Shown here: positions 1-12,656 of the stretch, in pieces | Layout: every line of letters begins with the position of its first letter | Numbering within the stretch: position 1 is the stretch's first letter | NCBI GenBank assembly: GCA_951406725.2 | Contig: OX597829.1 | Coordinates: 12,586,001 to 12,650,000, forward strand | Reading direction: 5' to 3' | DNA: 64,000 bases | Source of the DNA: Octopus vulgaris | Lineage: Eukaryota | Position numbers and translations under genes: made by a program | The notes under the pieces: model-generated | Databases searched by the model: none | What the model saw: only the letters and a program-made list of their open reading frames with translations | What the model was told of the DNA's origin: nothing

Positions 1-2034
1 ATGGCTGTAAAGATCAACTAATGATTAATAAAGCCATAACTGAAGACAGCCACAGAAAGAAGAAAGGCCTCAGTATGGCCTGGATCGACTACAGAAAGGC
101 GTTCGATAGCATCCCCCACACATGGATCCTCGAAACACTAGCCATTAACAAAGTAGCACCAACAATCATAAAATTCATAGAGCACTCTATGAATAAATGG
201 CAAACAGTGCTACAGCTCCAAACAAAAGAGGGACTCATGAAAACCAAAGACATCCCCATTAGAAGAGGAATATTCCAGGGAGACACGCTCTCTCCACTCC
301 TTTTCTGCTTGGCACTGTCACCTCTATCTGATATTCTAAATAGAACTGGATGCGGATATAAATGTTACGGCAAAACGATCAGCCACCTTTTATATATGGA
401 TGACCTAAAACTATACGCTGCAAATGACAAACAGCTGGAAACACTATTAAAGACAGTTCATGGATTTACCAAAGAAATAGATATGAAATTTGGATTAGAA
501 AAATGCGCCAAAGTAACCATGAAAAGAGGAAAACTAGTTAAGAGTAACAACATCACACTTAGATAAAACCAATGAAATAAAAGAATTAGACCAAAGCCAA
601 ACTTACAAATACTTAGGAATCCATGAACTAGATAAGACACAACACACACAAATGAAAGAGGAAAATAAAAAAAGAATATTATAGACGAGTTAGATGAATA
701 CTAAACACAGAGCTCAATGCTAAAAACAAGATAATAGGTATCAACACTTTAGCTGTCCCAGTTATAAGTTACAGCTACAATATCCTTAACTGGACACGAA
801 ATGAACTGTCCAAAATAGATAGGAAAACAAGAAAAATACTGACAGGATCTAGGATGCATCACCCAAAATCTGACATAGAAAGACTATACAACGTATAGAA
901 GGTGGTAGAGGCCTTATACAGCTGGAAAACTACTATAAAATAACCACCATAGGACTGCAAAAATATCTACTTCAGAAGGAAGGAAAACTGATCCAGATAG
1001 CAGCAAAACACGAGCAAAACAAAAAACTGTTCTCAGTATTTAAGGAAGCTGACAAATACAAACAAGAAATCATACCACCTAATAAACACGAAGAAGAAGA
1101 AGAAGATGATGAAGAAACAACAAAAGCTATAAAACAAATGAAATCCAAACTAAAACTAGAACAGCAACGAACCATGATAAAACGATGGCAAGAAAAGCCC
1201 CTTCATGGTAAATACTGGACTAAACTAAACGCAAAAGAAATAGACAAAGAAAAATCCCAGCAATGGTTGAGAAGCTCAGGACTCAAAGCAGAAACAGAGG
1301 GATTTTTAATTGCAGCACAAGACCAAAGCCTCCCCACCAGAAATTACCAAAAACATGTAATGGAAAGAAATATTACAAGTAACTGCAGAATATGTGGAGA
1401 TGGTCAAGGAACAATAAATCATATTTCTCTAGCTGCCCAGTCCTGGCTAAGAAGGAATATATTCACAGACATGACAGAGTTGGAACCTACATACATTGGA
1501 AGCTATGCCAACATTATGGAATAACAACAGAAAAAAGATGGTATAGGCACACACCAGAAAAGGTCACAGAAAACGAGAAAGCAACCATACTCTGGGATAT
1601 GCCGATACACACAGATAGAGAAATTAAGGTCAACAGACCAGATATAGTTGTCAGAGATCATGAAGAAAAAAATGCTTTCTAATTGATGTATCAATACCGG
1701 CAGATGACAACGTGTCTCTAAAAGAAATGGAGAAACTCTCAAAATACAAAGACCTGGAAATAGAGGTAACTAGAATATGGAATCTGAAAACAGAAACAAT
1801 TCCTATCATAGTAGGTGCATTAGGCATGATAAAAAAATATTCAGACAAATACATAACAAAAACACCAGGACTTACAAACACATATAACATACAGAAAGAG
1901 GCACACATCCTACGCAGAACACTTTCCATACAATAACCATCAGAGCATCACAACAAATCACAGCACATACCCAAGGCACACAGAGCTGCGCTCGGTAGTG
2001 AAGTGAAAGCACGCTATAAAAATAAAACTACTGA

Positions 2035-2036
<2 letters not shown>
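1..2036 (+). mobile_element. R4/Dong-like RLE non-LTR retrotransposon, 3' part, frameshifted (RT, CCHC finger, RLE nuclease)
   Basis: ORF pieces show AWIDYRKAFDS, GIFQGDTLSPLLF, HLLYMDDLKL, CRIC..H..C, RHD, ILWD..I.TDR...NRPDIVV and EKLSKYKDL; the 3' UTR ends in (TAA)n. Confidence 0.92.

Positions 2037-2072
<36 letters not shown>
2037..2072 (+). repeat. (TAA)n tail/target of the Dong-like element
   Basis: Direct reading. Confidence 0.9.
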
Positions 2073-2074
<2 letters not shown>

Positions 2075-2128
2075 CATCAAAAAATACTTTAGGAATGAGA
2101 ACGCAGGTTTAAAATTTCCACAATATAT

Positions 2129-2161
2129 CTGATGAAGGCTGGAGGGTATATCAGCCGAAAC
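2129..2161 (+). ncRNA. Hammerhead ribozyme remnant (core and stem II; stem III/I side lost)
   Basis: CTGATGA-A-GGCTG(gagggtatat)CAGCC-GAAAC; no convincing NUH or stem I downstream. Confidence 0.5.
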
Positions 2162-2278
2162 ATAATCCCTCAACTCTAAAATATTGAACCATATCTAAGT
2201 TCTGTTGTTTATTTTCATATCCATGTGCTTACATACAATATATATATATATATATATATACACACATGTGCACATGAA

Positions 2279-2393
2279 AGGCGGGCAATGGCGGACGTCC
2301 GGAGGCGGGCGAAGGCGGACGTAGGCGGGCGAAGGCGGGCGAAGGCGGGCGAAGGCGTGCGTCGAAAGATGCGGGTAGAACGCAGCGTCTAAT
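2279..2393 (+). repeat. GC-rich 10-bp minisatellite (GGCGGGCGAA)n; possible Helitron 3' end
   Basis: About 5 imperfect units in an AT-rich background, ending near CTAA-T. Confidence 0.45.
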
Positions 2394-2479
2394 ATTGTAT
2401 GTAAGCATATGGATATGAAAATAAACAGATCAACATACAGACGGATAGGTACATAAGTTATAAGAACAGAGAAGCACAC

Positions 2480-2935
2480 GCAAATGAACACTGAAACACA
2501 TGCCCATATATACACACACACTTTACTCCACACAAGGACACATATGGAGACACGGGTCCACACATCCATACATACAAACATGGCACATAGTTGCAAAACA
2601 CACACACACACAGACATACACACACAAAGAGACAGAGATGCATACATATACAAACACACGCTCACACCCATATACATAGAAAATACACAAACGCAGACAT
2701 GCAAGTACATGAATATTCAGAATACATACATACAGATGCACACACATTCATATATACATATGTATACACACACATATATATACATACACACACATGCATA
2801 CATACATACATGCGTATATACACACATACATACATACGTACATGCATGCATAGGCACACACACACACACACACAGATACTCTCTGACCCCCACACACAGA
2901 CACTCTCTGACCCACACACATGCGCACAAACAAAC
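2480..2935. repeat. Degenerate (CA)/(TACA) low-complexity tract
   Basis: Direct reading; it explains the H/T/I and V/C/Y-rich ORFs. Confidence 0.9.
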
Positions 2936-3099
2936 AAAAAGTTTGGAAGACGCAACGAAAATTTTAGGAAAATAAAAATAAGTGGAAATTTTATCGGTGA
3001 GTGTGTTAAATTATAATGCACAAAAAGCAAATGACTCTCCCCAGACACAACAGAATATGCTTCAACACACGAACTCATGTAAAGAATCTTGCAAACCAA

Positions 3100-3460
3100 A
3101 TCCCAAGACGAAACATATCTAAGTTATTTAGGTTATATTCTCTCCAGCGCTACCGTGAGTCCTACATCATTTCCATAATGTAGAGTATATAGCACCAACA
3201 TTGCCTAAACGAGTTTAATGTTGAATTCAGGATTCATCCAAGGCTAGGGCCTCATGCAATACACCTCCTACAAAATTCCTGATCACAATATAATTTCTTT
3301 TCCTCAACAGGTCCTGCTCTATTTAACGTTATCTCAAAACATGTCAAAGGAAAAGATCCTTTGACCCACAAACGAAATCTGGACAAATTTCTTCGAGGGA
3401 TAGCAGATATAGCATCTATATCTGGATACAGCTGTCAACAACAACAACTCCCTATTTGAT
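3100..3460 (+). mobile_element. Decayed CR1/L2-like LINE 3' fragment
   Basis: Aligns by eye with 49985-50325 (e.g. ATAATTTCTTTTCCTCAACAGG.CCTGC.CTATTTAAC); also carries the GAAACATATCTAAG terminus seen at 50418. Confidence 0.7.
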
Positions 3461-4784
3461 ATCACAAAACTTGTTTCGGTGCGTCACGGGTGAGATGCTG
3501 TACAAGCAGTTATGGAGCATCATTGGAGCAGATGTGTCTCGTCAGATGACTTGTCAAAATGTACCTCCTTTTGTAATATCAGTTTCGCTTACTTCCATTG
3601 TAGTACCTCTTGTAAAGTTGTAGTTCGCTACTCATTTACACGAAAAACTGAGTTATAATGCAGAAATCTTCTTTTGAAGTGATTTATAAAGATTAGAAAA
3701 ATACCAAATATAATATAATATAAAACTAATTAAGTGTATAAATAATGTTTTACACTAATAAAGAAAAGCTGTTAAATTAAAACCATAAAACAACCATGCG
3801 ATAAAGATACAACAAAAACCACAAAGCACAAAACACAATCGGACATTCATATATGTGTGTATTTATATATTCTCCTTCCCCCTCTTTCTACTACTCACAC
3901 GTGATCTGTGACTAATATTCTCATCTCTCTGCCTTTCGTCGCTGGACGCTTAGCTTCCCGGTCAATATCTATCTCCTCTCTTACTATTTCTCTTTCTATA
4001 GCTATTCAGGATTTCTTGCAGCCGTTACCCACCATTCTCGTGTGTTTGACCGAAAGGCCGTATTTGTTCTGTCTTCGTCAATCGTTTTAAACTACATTTG
4101 TGTACTTTCGTACATCCATTCTGTATCGTTTTCTTTGCTCGAGCAAATTGTATGGGTGCCGCCGATATGAGAATGTGTATTAACATTTCGGTTGATAACT
4201 GAAGAATTAGGGTCCTTCTGTGACTGTCCTGTGTGTACGTTTTTTAGAATTTAATGCATTTCTCATTTATTGAGTAACTGAACGCCACGCATCCCGACTT
4301 TTGTTAAAAATAAGTTTACAAAGATCTTTTTTAGTTAATTATAGATCGATTTCTAGCTTAGAGATGTAAAATCCCCCAGTCGTCTTAAGTATAATATACC
4401 ACATAGTACATAAATGCAAATATTTATACATACCCATACGAATAATACATATCCACATGTATATATACATATATTCACACCTACACACGAGTCATATCTA
4501 ACTTATTCACCTCAACTACGTGCATTTACGACAAAAATAATCCCGAAGTGAATATAAATTGATCGGAATAAAAAAACATGTATCTATACATAATTAAGGA
4601 TAAAATCATTATAAAGATCCCATCAAGTGGCCAGCATATAATAAAAACCATAAAGGTAACAGCTAATACTAATATATAATTACAAAGATATTATAATAAA
4701 GGGTGTTGATAAACAACACCAACATGCTACAGATAGACGCCAAATGGGGCTAAGACCACATCTTGCATCTGGCTTATAATCCAA

Positions 4785-5011
4785 GCTGCAATTGTTTTCG
4801 TTTCAGCACACGATCTCAGATCAAATCACTTGCTATGCGAGTACATCTCCTATTCGTTTCAGCACACGATCTCAGATCAAATCACTTGCTATGCGAGTAC
4901 ATCTCCTATATATACATATATATTATATATATATATGTATATATAGGAGATGTACTCGCATAGCAAGTGATTTGATCTGAGATCGTGTGCTGAAACGAAA
5001 ACAATTGCAGC
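4785..5011. repeat. Inverted repeat around a TA core, with a 56-bp tandem duplication in the left arm
   Basis: 4797-4852 = 4853-4908; 4944-5011 is the reverse complement of 4785-4852. Confidence 0.9.
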
Positions 5012-5082
5012 GTAGAAGGTGTTTGTAAGCCATTTAAGAAAGACACAAAAGTCGTTCGATTCACTTCAACATTTAAGTTTAA

Positions 5083-5132
5083 TTTGTCAAAATATTTTCG
5101 TCGCTAAAATCCGCGACCTGTTCACTGACAAA
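5083..5132 (-). ncRNA. Minimal type-I hammerhead-like motif, G3:C8 core variant (mirror copy)
   Basis: Reverse complement of 5153-5202. Confidence 0.6.
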
Positions 5133-5152
5133 AATCCGTGCTGCATCTCTTT

Positions 5153-5202
5153 TTTGTCAGTGAACAGGTCGCGGATTTTAGCGACGAAAATATTTTGACA
5201 AA
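5153..5202 (+). ncRNA. Minimal type-I hammerhead-like motif, G3:C8 core variant
   Basis: Stem I TTTGTCA/TGACAAA; core GTGAACA plus G; stem II GTCGC(ggatttta)GCGAC; GAAA; palindromic AATATT stem III. Confidence 0.62.
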
Positions 5203-5226
5203 TTAAACTTAAATGTTGAAGTGAAT

Positions 5227-5600
<374 letters not shown>

Positions 5601-5674
5601 CAGTTCATTGTATTAATTTACTCAAAACAATACATTACAAAGTATTAATATATTTTCTCTGAAATAAGACACGG

Positions 5675-5845
5675 GTCTGGCAGAATTATTAGCTCTCCTG
5701 GAAGAATACTTAGCGACCTTCATCACGTTCTGAGTTAAAATTCCGTCGAGAACGCTTTTGCCTTTATTCCTTTTGGAGTCCTTCACTGGGATCGATGTAA
5801 TCGACTTACCCACTCCCCAGAAACTGCTGGCCAAAATTTGAAATC
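5675..5845 (+). mobile_element. Degenerate tRNA-derived SINE (family 1)
   Basis: TGGCAGAAT..TTAGC, GTTCTGAGTT.AAATTCCG, GCCTTT.TCCTTT shared with 9268-9497. Confidence 0.7.
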
Positions 5846-8800
5846 AGGGTTAAAGTTAGGGTTAGTGTTTGGATTAGGTTTAGAGTTAGTCGTAGTGTTT
5901 GGCATAAATTAGGTTACGTTGAGGGTTAGAGACAGGTCTACGGTTATGGTTAGTGTTAGTGCTAGGGTTATTGTTAGGGTTAGGGTTTTGGTTAGATTTA
6001 GTGATATGGTTAGATTTATGGTTAGATTTAGTGTTAGGTTGAGGGTTAGTGTTAGGTGTAGGGTTAGGGTTGGGGTTAGGGTTATGGTTATGTTTAGGGT
6101 TAGGTTTCAGGTTACTTTTAGTGTTGAAGTTAGGTTTAAGGTTAGCGTTAAGGTTAGGATTAAGGATAGGGTTAGGGATAGGGATAATAGTTTTTTGCGT
6201 CAGGGTTACGTTTAGGGTTAGGTTTAGTGTTAGGATTAAGGGTAGGTTTATGGTCAGTGTTGGGGTTAGTATTCGGCTTATGGTTATGGTTATGGTTAGG
6301 GTAAGTATTTGGTGTAGTGCATGTTGAGTTTTACAGTTAGGTTTAGGATGAGTGTTAGGGTTAGTGTTTTTGTTAGGGTTAGGTTTCGGGTTATGGATAG
6401 TGCTACAATTAGGGTTAGGGTTGTATTTAGGATTCGATTTAGGGTTAGTGTTAGGGTTAGGTTTAGAGTCACGTTTAGGGTTAGAGTTAGTGTTACAGTT
6501 ATCTTCATTGTTAAGGCTACTGTTAGGGTTAGGCTAGGTTTAGGGTTGGGGTTCGGTGTAGCTTTAGGTTTGGAGTTAAGGTTATGGTAGAGATAGAGAT
6601 AGGGTTAGTGTTAGGGTTAGGGTTTGGTTTATGGTCAGGGTTAGGCATAGGGTGAGGATGGGTGTTAGGGTTAGTTTTAGGGTTAGTGTTAGTGTTAAGC
6701 TTAGTGTTAGAGGTAGGGTTAAGATTAGGGTTAGGGTGAAGTTTTGCGTTAGGGCTACGCTTTGTTCTAGGGATAAGGTTATGGTTAGGTTTAAGGTTAC
6801 GTTTAGGTTCAGAATTAGGCGTAAGGTTTGGGTTAATTTTAGGGTTAGGGTTAGTGTTAGGGTTAAGATTAGAGTTAGGATTAGGGTTATGGTTAGTGTT
6901 ATGATTCGGGTTAGGGTTAGTGTTTGGTTTAGGATTGGGGTTAATTTCATGGTTAGCGTTAGGGTTAGGATTAGCGTTTTAGGTTAGGGTTATTGTTAGG
7001 TTGAAGGTGAGGTTAGGGCTAGGGTGAGGTTAGCATCAGGTTTAGGTTTATGTTTCGAGTTAGGGTTAGGATAGAATTAGTTTTAAGGTTAGTTAGTGTT
7101 AGTGTTAGGGTTAGGGTTAAGTTCAGGGCTAGGATTTGGGCTCGGGTTAGGTTAAAGTTAATGTTAGTGTTAGGTTGAGGGTTTGGGTTAACTTTAAATT
7201 TGGGGTTAGGGCTACATTTAATGTTAAGGTTAGTGTTAGTATTTGCGTGAAGGTTCGGGTTAGCTTTAAGTTTAGGGTTAGGGTTAAGTTTAATTTTAGG
7301 GTTAGTGTTATAGTTAGGGTTAGTGTGAGGGTTAGGGTTAAGGGTAATTTTAAGTTTAGGCTTAGGGTTAGAGATGGGTTAGTGTTAGGGTTAAGTTATG
7401 TTTAGGTTAGGTTTAAGTTTAATGTTATCTTTAGGTTTAAGTTTAAGTTTAGGGTTAGGTTTAGGGTTAGTGCTAGGTTTATTGTTAAGTTTAGGGTTCG
7501 GGTTAATAATAGGGTTAGGTTCATTCTTAGGTTCAGGTTTAGGGTTAGGTTTAGGTTTTGGTTCAGGGTTAGGGTGAAGGATAGGCTTAGGTTTAGTGCT
7601 AGGGTTAGTGTTGGTGCTAGAGATAGGCTTACAGGTCGCGTTAGCGGTAGATTTAGGTTTACGGTTATTGTTAGTGTTAGGTTTAGGGTTAGGGTTAAGC
7701 TTAGGGTTAGTGTTACGGTTAGGGATAGGTCGAGAGTTAGGTTATGTGTTAGGGTTATTGTTAGTGTTAGTGCTAGTGTTAGGGCTAGGGATAAGTTTAC
7801 AGTCAGGGTTGGGGTTAGGGTTAGGTTATGGTTAGGTTGAAGGATATGTTTAGTGTTAGTTTTAGGGTTAGGCTTTGTGATAGCGTTGTGGTTATGGTTT
7901 GGTTTCGGTTTAAGTTTTGGCTAGGATTAGAGTTAGGGTTAGTGCTAGGTTTATTGGTAGGATTAGGGTTAGGGTTAGTGTTCAAGTTAGGGTTAGTGCT
8001 CGGGTTAGGGTTAGGTTTCAGTTTAGTGTTAGGTTTAAGGTTATTGTTACGGTTACATTTATGGTTAGGTTTAGGGTTAGTGTTAGGGTTAGGGTAAGGT
8101 TTAGTATTAGGGTTAGGACTAGGTTAAGGTTGGGTTTATGGTTAAGTTTCGTTGTATGTTTACTGTTAGGGCTAGGTGTAGTGTGAGAGTTAGTGTGAGG
8201 TTGAGTTTTAGGGTTAGGTTTAGGTATTGGGCTAGGTTTGGTGTTATAGTTAAGGCTAGGGCTAGGGTTAGGGTTAGGCTTATGTTTAGAGATGGGGTTA
8301 GGGTTAGAATGAATGCTAGTGTGAGTGTTAGGGTATGGGTTAGGTTTCAGGTTAGCGTTAGGTTTAGTGTTAATTTTACGGTTAGGGATTACGTGAGTGT
8401 TAGGGTTAGCGTTAGGGTTTACTTTAGTGTCATGTCTAGATTTAGTGGGAGGGCTAGTGTTAGGTTTAGGTTTAGGCTTAGGCTTAGGTTAGGTTTGGGG
8501 TTAGGTTTGGTGTTAGGTTTACTGTTAGGGTTAGTTTTTAGGTTAGGGTTAGTGTTAGTGTTACGGTATGGTTAGGGTCAGGGTCAGTGTCAGGATTAGG
8601 GATAGGGTTAAGTTACAGTTTGGTTTAGTGTTAGGGTTAGATTTAGGTTAGGTTTAGTGTTGGGTTAGGATTATGTTTAGGTTTTAGTTTAGGTTTAGGT
8701 TTGGGGATAGGGTTAGAATTAGGTTTAGTGTTAAGGTTTGGGTTAACTTTAGAGTTAGAATTTGGTTGCGTTCTAGGGTTAGGGTTATGGCTAGGGATAA

Positions 8801-10205
8801 GGTTAGGGTTAGGGTGAGGGTCAGAGTTAGGTTTAGTGCTGTTGTTAGGTTTAGTGCTGTTGTTAGGTTTAGTGCTGTTGTTAGGTTTAGTGCTGTTGTT
8901 AGGTTTAGTTTTAAGCTGTGGGTTCGGGTTATGTTTAGGGTTAGATTCAGGGTTAGGATTAGGTTTGTTTTTAGTGTTAGTTTAGTTTTAGTGTTAGCTT
9001 CAGCGTTAGGGTGAAGTTTAGGGTTAGCGTTAGTTGTAGGGTTAGTGTTAGGCTTAGGGTTAAGATTAGAGTTAGAATAAATGTTAGGGTTAGGTTTAGG
9101 GTTAGGGTCAGGGTTAGGTTCAGGGTTAGGATTAGGATTAACGTTAGCGTTAGTGTTATGGTTCGAGTTAATATTAGGGTTAGGTTTTGGTTTAGGTCTA
9201 TTGTTAACTTTAGGTTTAGGGTTAAAGTTAGTGTTAGGGTTAGGTGTAGGTTTCGCGTAATGGTTAGGGTGAGCTGGCAGATACGCTAGCACGCTGGGCG
9301 AAATGCGTAGCCGTATTTCGTCTGCCGTTACGTTCTGAGTTCAAATTCCGCCGGGGTCAACTTTGCCTTTCATCCTTTCGGGGTCGATAAATTAAGTATC
9401 AGTTACTCACTGGGGTCGATATAATCGACTTAATCTCTTTGTCTGTCCTTGTTTGTCCACTCTCTGTGTAGCCTCTTGTGGGTAGTAAAGAAATAGGTTA
9501 GGGTGAAGTTTAGGGAAAGGACGATGGTTAGATTTCAGTTTAGTGTTAGGGTTAGTTTTACGTTTCGGGTTGGTGTTAGTTTGAGGGTTAGGATTAGGGA
9601 TAGGGTCAGAGTTAGGGTGAGGATCAGAGTTAGGGTGAGGATCAGAGTTAGGGCTAGTGCAGTTGTTAGCTTTATTTTTAAGCTGTGGATTAGGGTTAGG
9701 TTTAAGGTTAAAGTTAGGGTTAGGGTTAGGTTTGGTGTTAGTCTTAAGTTAGTTTTAGTATTAGCTTTAGGGTTAGGGCTAGTTTTAGGGTTAGAGTTAG
9801 TGTTATTGTTAGGCTTAGGTTTAGGGTTAGGGTTATGGTCAGGTTTAGGTTTACGGTCAGGGTTAGGGTTAGGATTAGGGTTAGTGTTATGGTTTCAGAT
9901 TAAAGTCATGTTAAGTTTAGGTCTAGTGTTAACTTTAGGCTTAGGGTTAGAGTTAATGTTATGGTTAAGATTAGGGTTAGTGTCAGGGTTAGAGTTAGGT
10001 TTAAGTTTCGTCTACGGGTTAGGGTGAGGGATAGGTTTGGTGTTAGCGGTAGGGTTAAGTTTAGCGTTAGGGTTAGTTTTAGGGTTAGAGTTAAGTTTTG
10101 GGTTAGGTTTAGGATTAGATTTAGTGTTAGGTTTAGGTATTGGGTTCAGTGTATAGTTATGTGTAGTGTTAAGTTAGTGTTAGGGTTAGCGTTAGATTTA
10201 GATTT
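5846..10205 (+). repeat. Degenerate telomere-like hexamer satellite (TTAGGG/TTAGGT/TTAGTG/TTATGG)
   Basis: About 4.4 kb of hexamer variants with the G-rich strand on +; the ORFs are VR/LG dipeptide artefacts. Confidence 0.93.
9268..9497 (+). mobile_element. tRNA-derived SINE (family 1, Meta-like core) inserted in the satellite
   Basis: GAGCTGGCAG A-box-like, GAGTTCAAATTCC B box, GCCTTTCATCCTTTCGGGGTCGATAAA core. Confidence 0.85.
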
Positions 10206-10481
10206 ATGTTTATGTATAAATATACGTGGACACAGACTGTGTATCGATATCTAGCTGGAAAAGATCTTTTCCTGGGGTTGCAACAACTGTACCAACGTCC
10301 TTTATAGAACTGCCACGGTATGTCTGCATAGAAACATTACTATTCGGTATTTACTGTATTTCGCTCTCTCAGATATTTAAAACACTCACACATATTTAAG
10401 TATAAATATATATATATATAATGATAAAAACGGTAAGACAACAAAAGAAAGAGACCTCGATATTATGTAAATCGAGGAATT

Positions 10482-10731
10482 TATCTGTAAGTGTATAACA
10501 TGTGACAATTATTCGGTAGCCATGATAAAACTCCGTGTTTCGGATGCCGAGGTGGAAATCCACGCCACCATCTCTTCAGCATTTCAAAATGCTATGAAAA
10601 AAATTTTTCATACCATTTTCCTGATGGCCAGATAACTGAAGAGATGGTGGCGTGGATTTCCAACTCGGCATCCGAAACTCGGAGTTTTATCATGGCTACC
10701 GAATAATTGTCACATATTACATTTACAGATA
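10482..10731. repeat. About 97-bp imperfect inverted repeat (Penelope pLTR-like) between TA tracts
   Basis: 10482-10579 vs 10636-10731. Confidence 0.88.
10631..10691 (+). ncRNA. Type-I hammerhead ribozyme motif
   Basis: Stem I GATAA/TTATC; CTGAAGA; stem II GATG..CATC; GAAAC TCGGA GTT with near-palindromic ACTCGGAGT. Confidence 0.75.
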
Positions 10732-11619
10732 TATATATATTACATACATACATATATATATATATATACATACATACATGCATCCATCCATCCATACATA
10801 CATACATACATACATACATACATACATACATACATACATACATACATACATACAAACATATATACATACTAAAAGGGTCATTAGCTTTCAACTACTCTCT
10901 ATCCCACATGTCTCCTCTTGTCCAGCTTATCTCATTTTGTCTTTCTATATTCTTTTATCCATTTATCTGTTTCAGTCATTTGACAGCCACCATTTTTAGG
11001 TGTTTTAGTCGAAGAATGGACCCCAGGACTCATTCTTTGTTAGCTTAGTACCTATTCAATACTTAAGTTTACGTTTTACTTCCTGTTTTAAGTTGGGAAA
11101 GAGTACGTTTCACGTATGATTATTGAAATTCATAATCTTTGTGGAACAACTTTTGGCGACGCAGACCACAGTTTTAGTCGGAATCTACTGTATATATTTG
11201 GTGCGATGTTTTATTTTTTCGCGCTTAGCGAACGGAAATACCAGTAGGAATGAGTGCTCTCCAGATTACCATGGCGAAAGGGGAGGAAGGTATCATCATA
11301 TCTGAGACCTGGTCCTACTGCTCGAAGCAGTGGACTCCATTAAAGTCATTCAATGTGTTAGATTGTGGAAACGTTAAATTGGGCGATGAGTTAATAAATC
11401 TCATACATAAGTAAGATACGGATAGATTTGAACATAAGACATGAAGAACTGACACGGGTACCACAAGCTATCTCGTCTAGTGCTGTAACGATTCTACATG
11501 ACCACCACTCTGTATTAATACTTTATTTATCAATCTTGGAAGAATGGAAAATATCAATCTTTGGGATATGAACTAAAAATGCAAAGCGCAGAAATATAAC
11601 GCTTCTAACTATTTTCCGC

Positions 11620-11900
11620 CTATTGCTTGCTTGATTGTTTGCTTACTTCCTTTGCTTGTTGGGGCAGGCGCCATCCTAAATTAGGGGACTCAGAAACGTC
11701 ATCCTGCGTAAAGCCGACCAGGTCCACCAGGGCTCTCCCTCTCTGATGGTCCCGTGCCAACCCTTCCGCGTCCTCCAAAGTAACATTGAGCCTCTGGAAG
11801 TCATCTTTAATGACGTCCAGCCATCTGATGCAGAGCCTGTCACGAAGCCTCCCAGTCCGTAGCTGCGGCGTCAAATGAGAGTAAAGCTCGGGTAGGATAA
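11620..11900 (-). mobile_element. RTE-like LINE 3' end fragment
   Basis: GR...RWLDVIKDD...AEGLARD.QR.RALV C-terminus and (AAGC)n-like tail; sister copy at 45285-45540. Confidence 0.65.
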
Positions 11901-11922
11901 TCTATCAATCAATCTATCAAAT

Positions 11923-12335
<413 letters not shown>

Positions 12336-12656
12336 GACGGACGTGTTGTCACCTCGGCTCCGAAGGTAATCATTTATTTTGACTATTTATAGCCCAATTT
12401 TTGTGTACATTTTTGTAAATAAGGTGTGTAAGGCACCCAACTTTCGTTTGAGTGCTTTTCGAAGAGAGGAATTCGCCCCTAGGGGCAGTTTCAACCCTAT
12501 TTAATTTGTGTATTTTTTTCTCGACATTTCGAAAATGTCGAGAAATTGTATTGTAGAACGCTGGTCGCGTTCCTTTATCGACCAACATTCTCCTAGTCTG
12601 GTAACGCTAGGAGAAGAAAAAAGAACTCATGCACGCAAAGTGCAAACCTAAATGAC

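Noticed and set aside
4797-4908. CRISPR-like direct repeats
   Set aside because: Adjacent tandem duplication with no spacers, in a eukaryotic context.
9268-9350. tRNA gene calls at SINE heads (also near 34080-34150, 35490-35560 and 38690-38757)
   Set aside because: A/B boxes are present but there is no full cloverleaf and they continue into SINE bodies.
5919-10254. Long VR/LG/TL dipeptide ORFs
   Set aside because: Translations of the hexamer satellite; no evidence of coding.
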